DNA of 64,000 nucleotides from Dendrobates tinctorius (Eukaryota): NCBI RefSeq assembly GCF_039654945.1, contig NW_027361743.1, positions 31,682,001 to 31,746,000 of the forward strand, read 5' to 3'. Shown piece by piece: positions 25,537 to 34,529 of this stretch (position 1 is its first letter; each line of letters starts with the position of its first letter). The notes under the pieces were generated by a model. It saw only the letters and a program-made list of their open reading frames with translations, ran no database searches and was not told where the DNA came from. The position numbers and the translations under genes were made by a program.

Positions 25537-27053
25537 ATGGCCGAGGGTCTGACATTCAATACAACCGAGCAGGTTCTCTTTACCTGGCTTTTGTCACGGC
25601 GCTTTGGCCAACCATATCCTGTGATAGTGGATCCGCGGAGGAGGAGACGCATGTGGGTACATCCACTTTTGAGGCAACGACTCACAAGAGGTCATTTTCA
25701 CCGCCTCTATTCGTCTCTGCGGGAGCATCCGGACAAATTTTACTAGTACTGTCGAATGAGCATTTCCACATTTGATCGCCTCTTGGAGACAGTGCGCCCT
25801 GGGATCACCTTTCAGGACACTAGGATGCGCCAAGCCATATCTGCAGAGGAGCGACTTCTACTCACAATACGGTATGTACTCCACGACCACATTCTCTATG
25901 TTCATAATGTGTGTGTTAATTTATGTTTTTTGGCCTTCTTGGACAAAGTTTAATACCCTCATCTTCCTCAAAATATGTTTCACCTGACACAGCAGAATGT
26001 TACATCTAATATGTACTGCATATCACTTAGTCATTGTGCCACCAAATATGTGTGTGTTCTTCTCTATCATTCCCTACCAAGTTTGGTCGGCATGTAACTG
26101 ATTTTTTTTTACTTTACCCATTCTAACCCGTACTATTTCTGTTGTTCTACAGCTTCCTGTCCACTGGCCTGTCTTATGCCGCCCTCCACCATGAGTTTCT
26201 CATTGGAAAGTCAACCATTTCAGGCATAGTGAGGTCTACATGTGCTGAAATCTGGACAAAACTCCATCAGGTGGTCCTACCCGAGCCCAGGATGGAAGAC
26301 TGGTTAAGGATTTCAAGGGACTTTGAGGAGGACTGCCAGTTTCCAAATTGTATTGGGGCCCTGGATGGCAAACATATCAGGGTGCGTAAGCCGCCGAACT
26401 CAGGCTCCCAATTCTTCAATTATAAGCAATACTTTTCTGTTGTATTGTTGGCTCTGGTAGACCCTCAATACAAGTTTATAATTGTTGACATTGGGGCCTA
26501 TGGAAGGACGGGAGACTCTAGAGTCTTCAATACTTCCATAATGGGTCGGCGGCTACGCACCAACCAGTTGGATCTCCCACCACCACGCCAGCTACCAGGC
26601 TCCCCCGAACAATCAGTCCCTTATGTCCTTGTGGCAGATGAGGCCTTTCAGTTATCACGTAATGTCATGAGGCCATATCCCCGGCGCAACCTTGACCACA
26701 GGCGCAGAATTTTTAACTTGCGCCTATCACGTGCTCGGCGACTGGTGGAGTGTTCCTTTGGGATTCTTTGTGCCAAATGGTGGGTACTCCAGTCTGCCAT
26801 TCAGTTGAGTGAGCAAAATGTGAATGAAGTTGTGAAAGCCTGTGTTGTTCTGCATAACTTCACCAGGATACATGATTGTTCCTCCTCTGATGGTGTTGTG
26901 CGTAGGCCGGACAATGTGCGCAGGGTGAGACCACCTATCATCCCTCAACATAGACCGCTCTCTGGCCTCAAAGTGCGTGATATATTCACGAATTACTTTA
27001 TCTCACCTGAGGGGGCAACTTCTTGGCAAGAGAATGCTGTGTCTATGTTATAA
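25537..27053 (+). pseudogene. Harbinger DDE transposase (HARBI1/DDE_Tnp_4 family), 2 exons (25537-25871, 26153-27053), one premature TAG at 25744
   Basis: WVHP, FPNCIGALDGKH, VADEAF and RRLVECSFG motifs; GT-AG phase-2 intron 25872-26152 restores ...LTIR|FLSTG. Confidence 0.9.
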
Positions 27054-27976
27054 TTTTTTTTTTTCAAAGTGTGTCTAAATATATATTACTCAAGCCTTTT
27101 TATGATTCTATGAGTGTTTCTTTGCATTGGTTGGTGTCTGTTAGTATGTTGTGAGGGATAGTGAGAAATCACACAGAGACGTTAACTAGAGTAGACAAAT
27201 TTTTAGTTTTGCCTTTTTTTTTTGGGTTTTGCTTAAAGGCAAACATAATTTTGCCATAACACAAATTTGGCAATGGCCAAAATGACCCTTTGGGCCTTCT
27301 TTAACTTGGTGTAACATTAACATTACAGAAAAAAACTGCAACAACCATTATGCAATAACAACATTGCTGCATGCCTACATTAACCTTGATTAGGCAACAA
27401 AGGGTGAGCTCCATCACCAAAATAAAGTCAATAAGATAACACTCACATTTCCTCATAATGTTTTCCAATCATAGAAAGATTCCACCATGACAGTCAAGGC
27501 TACCTCACATCTTTCACACAGATATTACCTGTCTGTAGAACAGACAATATTTAAGCATGCTATACTGGAAAGGATGAAAATACAAAACTCACTTGTTAAG
27601 ACAGAGAGAGCGTGATATTGTGAATGCTGGTCGCCTCAAATTGGTTTACTAGAGAATGCTAATAACAAAGTTGACTACTTAACTAAAGGCAAGCACGCCT
27701 TTCCTATGCATTAGCAAGTGATTAGTGTATTTTCATCCTTTCAGGTAACAGTATAGCGCATTTAAATCTTCTCTTTTATACACACATGTAATATCTGTGT
27801 GAAAGGCGTGAGGTAGCGTTGCCTGTCATGATGGATTGTTTCATATGTTTGGAAAACATTGTTTAAAAATGTGAGTGTTAAATTATGTTCTAAATGTTGG
27901 TGAAGGAGAACACCTGTTTTTTTGTCTAGATTAGAAGCACCAGTTACCTGTTACTGGACATCTCCAAACTTTTGAT

Positions 27977-29747
27977 TCATAAATCCTCATATGTAGGGGA
28001 AGGGGAACGGGGAGGAACAGCCTGTGGGTGCTGCTGGACATTGTGGCCAAGATCGCCCTGTGTGGGGCCATACTGTTGCCCATGATGCTGTTGTTGTCCA
28101 GCCTCCTGGGCCTGTTGGTGATACTGGCCAGAGTAATAATGATGATGGTGAGGGGCTTCTTGTTGGCTCTGGTAGGCCCGTGGCTCATACCCACTAAGAT
28201 AGCCAGATCGTCCCCAACCAGGTTGGGACCAGCCTCCAACACTGGGTGGGTACAAGTGGCCATATTGGTGGGGTTGGCTTGATGAAGACATTTGGGGCTG
28301 CGGAATAGAAGGATGGGTAGGGGGAGGAAGGGGTTGAGGTGTTGGCCCACGTATTAGGGGCTGCTCAGACCCTGCTTGAGCAAGCATCTGTGTGGATGGT
28401 CTCATGCGCATTAAATTTCTTGGTGAGAGCTGCCACCTCTCCAGAAATTCAAACACCTCATATGGGGTCTTGGGGGGGTGCTTGCATCAAGCAGGATCTG
28501 AATACACCCCCTAATACGGAGCCTGACCTCACGGGTAAGGGCACGGAGATAAAGGGTGAGGCTACGTGCATAGGCCTCCTCACCATCATCTGTAGTGACT
28601 CTGGACAAGTAATTCAGCACCCCAGTGTCCACATTGGTCCTGCTCTCTTGAATGGTGACCTGGCGCCTTCTTCTTATTCGCCTTGATGCTAGAGCAGCCT
28701 GTGGGGAGGGCCTGATCTGGGCAGTTGGGCTGCTGCTCAAGTTGCCCATCTCTTCCAGGATGGGTGAGGTTGCAGCTGCAGACCGTCCTGGTGGTGTGTT
28801 GTGTAGGGCAGCCATTGTGTGTTCTGGTGATGCCTCCTCTTCAGCCATCCTTCTTGTAGGGGGAGAAGATGGGCCAGCCACCTCATCCCCTACAGGATCT
28901 ATAATGGGCTCTGCCTCTGAGGCCGTTCCTCGATCCGTAAGGTTGGATTGAGTTCTGTTATGAAATAGAACAGAGGCAAAAATACATCAATATTTTTGTC
29001 CCTGTAAAGTATTTGTGTAATGTTTTTGTGTCATGTGGTGTGAGGTATGTACTTACGGTCTCAGAGCCAGAATTGGGGCGAGGAAGTTCAGCCGGTCATA
29101 GTATATATATTTGCGCTTGACATGGCCAGCATCCCCACTCCTGGACCGCTGCTGGCATTCCCGGCGGTACTGGTCCCGGATGCTTCTCCACCGTTTCATC
29201 ACATCTTCCACTGCAATGTGACAGGAAAGATTGTCAAAATCAGATATTTGAGAGGTCACATTTTCAAACAGTAGTCTAGGCATGGGGCCTTATGGGGTGT
29301 GCGTTCTACCCATGGTGGCATATGTAATTGTGCCGATACCCATGGTCTCATTAGCTCCCCTGAAACTAATTTTAGTGGCTAGGAGGATGAGGAGCTTGTG
29401 GCCTAACCGCTAATTATGGCTGTGTGAAGCCACGTGTCACATCCTAATGTAACGGCCTCATGAGGCTAATAAAAGTACATGCACAGGAAGGGGGGGGGGG
29501 CTGATTGTAGATTCCTTTTATAGTGCGCGCTAAGGTTAATTATATTTTTATGGTTGCACTTACGAATTTTATGCTGCTCATCACGTGGTCTGTCACCAAA
29601 GTCATGGTACATCTGGCGACAGATGCGCCTCCATGACGCCTCCTTTCTTGTGCGGTTCGCATAGTTTGCGTCGCGTGGGTCCCATATTTCTGGATGCTCC
29701 TGCACCAGCACAATTAGCATCTCTACATTAATATATGTGGACGCCAT
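27977..29747 (-). pseudogene. Harbinger accessory MADF (Myb/SANT-like) protein with a BESS-like segment and Q/P/H-rich tail; 3 exons (29747-29564, 29210-29057, 28954-27977), one frameshift near 28470
   Basis: LIVLVQEHPEIWD...SWRRI, KRWRSIRDQYRRE, YIYYDRLNFL and RP|TQSNL; canonical GTAAGT donors and CAG acceptors in compatible phases. Confidence 0.85.
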
Positions 29748-30192
29748 GCTGCTGCTGTACTCCGTGGAGGCGTACTTCCTGGATGTCTGGAGCGCTTTTT
29801 GACCTCATTTGCATGTCTACGCTTCCTGATGATGGATTGGCGCATTTCCTGTCACCAGCCAAAAGACCTGCGTATTGCTCGCAGGTCACACGTGTGTTCC
29901 GTGTGTAATGCGTATTTTTTGCGCACCCATAGACTTGCATTGGCGTACTACGGGCGTAGTACGCTGACAATCGCAGCATGCTGCGAGTGGCACGGAGCGT
30001 AGGATACGGAGGAGAAAAATACGGCTGGTGCGAGGGACCCCATAGAGAATCATTTGTCCGTGTCTAATGCGTGCTTTTAGCGCCTCTCACTCTCCCGTAT
30101 TCCTCGCCAGTGTGACTCCGGCCTTATAGTCCCTCTCAAGCTGGGTGTCCGTTTGGGACCCAGAGACTCTGCCACTATTCACACTAGGTAGG

Positions 30193-31066
30193 TGTTAGGA
30201 ACGGCGGAACACACTAAATAAAAATAATAATAAAGTGCGTTCGCCGCTCGGGGTCCACCGTGCAGTAGATGATATGACTGCTGCTAAGTGGTGGCAGGCA
30301 AGCAAAATGGCGGAAATGCGCACGTGTGTTAAACGTCACCAAGGTGCACAGAGCAATCTCTGTTAAGTCACAGAGGTGCCAACAAAGACAAATACAATAA
30401 GGCTGAGCCTGTCGGAGTCACAGTACTCAGAGTAAATGCACACATGGTATCTGGTCACAGGAACAGAGCCAAAGACAGTGGAACTGCGTCCATCTAGACC
30501 TACCGTGCGTGTGACGTCACAACTGCGGATACCAAGGAGGGTTGCAACTGCAGCGCGGCGTAGGACACTGCCGCTAAACGACAAAGCTAGTACGCAAGCG
30601 CAATGTCGGACGCTAGCAACTGTGGATGATGTAGTAGAGGCGTGCTGGCGCTGACTCTAAGCTTAGTCCCTGTCCACATACTGTACGTAATATCAGAGGG
30701 AAGTGGTTTCAAATGAGTCATTCACCAGAATCATACATCCATCATCATTCACACAGTAGCAACTAGAGACTATACTAGCCCATGGCGGAACGGCCATGCA
30801 CGCTTTTTATAGCAGCCGGGACCTTCCGGAAGCTTCCAGATCTCCGAGATGGACCAAAGAAATCTGGAGCAGGACCTGAGCACATGACTCCCGATCTCCA
30901 ATGGGAAATCGTCTCATGAGCATGCTCAGTAGGAGGACCTAAGGACTTAGCCCCTGGAGAGATTTGCTGCAAGGCAATCTCCTCTGCCGTAGATAAACAG
31001 CAAGAGACCGCAGAATGTAAGGGTCTGGATTCCTGCAGAGCAGATGCAGAAACCTGACGCCTAACA
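30193..31066 (-). mobile_element. Solo LTR inserted in the retrozyme monomer
   Basis: TGTTAGG...CCTAACA termini; TSD ggtagg (30187-30192, 31067-31072); minus-strand TATAAAAA at about 30804-30811. Confidence 0.85.
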
Positions 31067-31092
31067 GGTAGGTTTTACCATTAGTGTAGTTA

Positions 31093-31171
31093 CTGTCTCA
31101 AATGGGTACGCCTTGCCGTGGTGGGACAGCTTTATACTTTTTTGATCAAAACAGTGTTTACCAAGTACCTA
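31093..31171 (+). ncRNA. HDV-like ribozyme fold, copy 3 (best preserved)
   Basis: P1 CUGUCUC(31093-99)/GGGACAG(31123-29); P2 UGGGUAC(31103-09)/GUACCUA(31165-71); P3 GCC/GGU; L3 UUGCCGU; C31130-U31131; P4; J4/2 CCAA with putative catalytic C31161. Confidence 0.82.
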
Positions 31172-31265
31172 TGTTATTTAATGCACTTGCTTTTTTACTT
31201 ATTTATTTTCATTAAGGTATATACACACAATGTTTTTTCCTTAGGTTTTGAGTGTTCTCGAATGG

Positions 31266-32948
31266 GTGTTGTATCTCCCGTTGGTATTTTGTGAGTGATC
31301 GCCGTGGTGCAGCTGAAGTCATCTTCATGATTCGCAAAAATGGACTAATCGCCCTTGTAATGCTTCTACTTGGTGCACTTGGGTGGGCGTGAGTTCGGAC
31401 AGTTCAGCAAGCATCTGCTCCAAGATGCGCCAACCCTCTTGGATTGAGTTTCGTCCTTCAGAGAAGTAGTGACTTTCACCGACCACGGGTCTTACGGATT
31501 CAACTGTATGACCTGGGACGGTATGACTTCTTCGGGCATGCTCACTACGCGCACAACTTCACACCTGCATGGGACGACAATCTCCTCTCTGTCAGATTCA
31601 CACAGCGTACCAGCACCATCCCTTCTCGTACCACGGCCAGCGTTCGAGCTACCAAGAGTCCTGCAGGCAGTTGTTCCACTACCGAGGGTTCCAATTGGAC
31701 TTCCACCCCCTCCAGCGGGGCATGTAGTTGGACAGGCAGGGTTAATATGGTCAGTCCTGGTGGTAAGGTAAGTTGGGTGGAGGCCAGCACAATCACTTTT
31801 CCTAACATTGCCCCTTGACGAGACTTCCTGCACCCAAGCTGTACGAATTAAGTGTTGGAACACCCACGCTGGGGAGTGTGTGGACTCCACTTGTTTAGAG
31901 GCAAGTGAGAGGGCTCATCACTCAGCAGTTTTCCAAATTCCTTCAGGATATTCATCCTCAGCGTAACAATATGACCGTGGCCAGCCTCTTCCTGGGTCAG
32001 CACGATACCCCTCTGTCCAAGATCCCTCCCGCTCAAGGAGACCTGCATCCATACCACCCCTGTGACTGGGATGGGCAGATGATTTGCCACCGTCAATTTT
32101 AATACCAGGCTCCACTCAGGCCTGAGAGTTTCTGGGAAGTGCTGACGGAAATACGCTTCCAGCATTGTGGTCACTTGAGCCCCGGTATCCACTAGTCAAC
32201 GCACGGCCCAGCCATCAAACTCAGCCCAGACCAGCGGACATGTAGACACCAGATTTGTGGGACGTTCACTACTCCTTCCTTTCCATTCTGGCTCTGGGCG
32301 ATGTCCCCCAGGCTCGGAGCCCTCTAGTTTAATGGGCGACGTGGCCGGGGGCCTGCCCATCGTGGACATTCCCTAGCCATATGTCCTATCTCTCCACATT
32401 TGTAACAAGCAAAAGACCTCAGCCGACCTCTGCCGACGGATCATCCGGGCCTCGTTACGGACATTTGCTTCGCCTTGACTTCTGGGGGTGCACTGGCCGG
32501 CCTCAACTTTCTCTTTCACCTGAACCAGTTCCCCTTGACTACTCAACAGTTCTTTTCTCATCTCTTCAACCCATTGGGGTTCAGCTACCGACTGTACTGC
32601 TGCTTCACTCTGGACCTTCCCTACCAGGACTGTCACCCCCTGCTCCTGTTCACGTGAGCGAGCCTCTCTCCCTATGTCAGTAAAAGTGATACGAGAGTCT
32701 ACCCGCACCTGCTCTCTCAGGGTCTGCTTGGTCAGGGCATCCCATAAGCCAGTCACCAGCAAGTCCCGCAGCACGACATCTGTCGGCCCTATACCCATAC
32801 TGTCTTTTCTGACAATGGCGGCGTGTAATTCTTGTAGGGCATTCATATATTGTGTAACCGTCTCAGCCTCTCTTTGCATACGGCTAAACAGGCGAGTCCT
32901 AAGTTCTCCTACATCAGTGGGGTCCCCATAGGTCACCTCCAGAATCAT
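31266..32948 (-). pseudogene. Gypsy gag (capsid + CCHC knuckle), protease and start of RT
   Basis: 32373-32948 gag; 31848-32192 DTGAQVT; the RT N-terminal frame resumes across the 13-bp TSD. Confidence 0.9.
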
Positions 32949-32949
32949 T

Positions 32950-33355
32950 TTCTAATCCAAAATGTTAGGGCTAATATTGGGGTGCAGGCAGGAGGCCACA
33001 TTTGCTAATCACAATCGTTAGGGCTAATATTGGAGGGTAACCAGGAGGCCCCATTTGCTAATCAAAATTATTTGGGCTAATATTAGGGTGCAGCCAGGAG
33101 GCCACATTTGCTAATCACAACTATTATGGTGCAACCAGGAGACCGCATTTGCTAATCAAAATCTTTAGGTCTAATATTGGGGTGCAGCAAGGATGCCCTA
33201 TTTGCTAATCAAAATCTTTTGGGCAAATATTGGCGTGCAGGCACCAGGCCCCATTTCCTAATTCAAATTGTTTAAGCTAACACTGTGTTGCAGTCAGGAC
33301 TCAGGAGGTCACATTTACTAATCAAAATTGTTTGGGCTAATATTGGTGTGCAGGC
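32950..33355. repeat. ~55-60-bp tandem repeat, about 7 degenerate copies
   Basis: CTAATCAAAAT..GGGCTAATATTGGGGTGCAG..AGGAGGCCACATTTG units. Confidence 0.85.
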
Positions 33356-33872
33356 AGGAGTCCAGGAATCTGCTGTGTGCGGTACAGGACCTGTGATGAG
33401 GTCACAGGAGGGGAGGAGTCATGGGTCACATGATCAGGGGCCTCCATGTATGCAGGACTCTGCTGTGCTGGTTGTCATGGTGTACTGCTGGACGAGGTAA
33501 AGTTTCTGTGTGGGGTCAGGAGGGGTTTACAGGGTGGACGTAGCAGAGTTGAGTGTGTGCGAGGTGTAAAGAGTGGAACCTTGTGTGTACGAGGTGTACG
33601 GCGCGTAGCCGTGCGTGTACGAGGTGTACAGAGCGGAGCCGCGCGTGTACGAGGTGTACGGAGCGGAGCCGCGCGTGTGCGAGGTGTGCGGAGTGGAGCC
33701 GCGCTTGTGCGAGGTGTGCGGAACGGAGCCGTTTGTGTACGGAGCAGAGCCGAGTGTGTACGAGGTGTACTGAGCGGAGCCGTTTGTGTACGGAGCAGAG
33801 CCGAGTGTGTGCGAGGTGTACGGAGCGGAGCCGCGCGTGTGCGAGGTGTGCGGAGTGGAGCCGCGCTTGTGC

Positions 33873-34529
33873 ATCTATCCCCCTGACGAAGGAGATTTTA
33901 TTTCCGAAACGCGCGTCGGGGCGCGTTACTATACTATCCACATTGCGGTTATTGGCTTACAGGTATTTTTTTGTTTCAATAGCACACGCCTTAGGGCGCT
34001 TTGTATTATTTGCACAGCTGCACTTTTTGCACATTTATTAATGCATTTTTTTGTGTCACTATAATTATGCACTCCTCTACCTGTATTATTAATTCAGCCT
34101 TTTTTGTTATGGAACGGGTTTTCCAGTATACATAAGTATACCGCAAATGTGGTTGTATATTTTATTATTATTTTTTCTTTTTTATTATTATATATATACA
34201 TATATAATTTTAATGCACTTAATTGTTGTGCCAATATTTTAATAAAGGCATTTTTTCCACAAAAACTTTGCCATTTATTATTATCATCTTTATTATTTTT
34301 TCATTGTATCATCATTCATGCTGCACATTCTGCTCTGATCTTGTGGTATTTTTCATTTCTATCCACCCTTGAGTAAATCTTTTCATACACACCGGATGGT
34401 CTGCAATCCTTTTCTTGGGAGATTGGTTCAATCACACTTTTTTATATATTTATATCTTTATTTATATTAATGTGATTATTACATTTTATATTAGTATTTC
34501 GTGTGTTTGTATCTTTTTCCTTGTTCATT
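33873..34529 (+). mobile_element. Penelope-like non-autonomous insertion starting with a hammerhead
   Basis: TSD-like cttgtgc (33866-33872, 34530-34536); AT-rich body; AATAAA at 34241. Confidence 0.7.
33879..33921 (+). ncRNA. Minimal type-I hammerhead ribozyme, intact core
   Basis: CCCC CUGACGA A GGAG-AUUUUAU-UUCC GAAAC GCGC GUC^ GGGG; palindromic stem III ACGCGCGU; predicted cleavage after 33917. Confidence 0.88.

Larger units (their letters stand above)
25192..30123. mobile_element. Full-length PIF/Harbinger transposon with two convergent genes
   Basis: TTA TSD (25189-25191, 30124-30126); 15-bp TIR with 14/15 match, GGC(T/C)GGAGTCACACT; empty site visible in the inverted monomer copy (gggactataaatgaac at about 24812). 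Confidence 0.95.
24494..31252. mobile_element. Retrozyme-like element: ~396-bp non-coding monomer in a partial tandem plus an inverted copy, one HDV-like ribozyme per monomer; later hit by a Harbinger and a solo LTR
   Basis: 13-bp TSD tgttctcgaatgg (24481-24493, 31253-31265); direct repeat starts at 24494 and 24890; inverted copy = about 24990-25191 + 30124-30192 + 31067-31250. Confidence 0.8.
20807..32948 (-). mobile_element. Gypsy/Ty3 LTR retrotransposon (gag-PR-RT-RH-IN), 5'-truncated, decayed, interrupted at 24494-31252
   Basis: gag + CYKCGEIGHMAREC; DTGA protease; [20 protein letters not shown] and YLDV RT motifs; RNase H NYSSFKLELLA; integrase HSDQG and YHPQG; PPT + 3' LTR. Confidence 0.95.

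Noticed and set aside
26142-27053. Domesticated host HARBI1 gene
   Set aside because: It is enclosed by TIRs and a TTA TSD, paired with a MADF gene, nested in other TEs, and has a premature stop.
32950-33355. CRISPR-like array (also 50790-51032 and 54400-54830)
   Set aside because: Contiguous tandem units without unique spacers, no cas genes, and a eukaryotic context.
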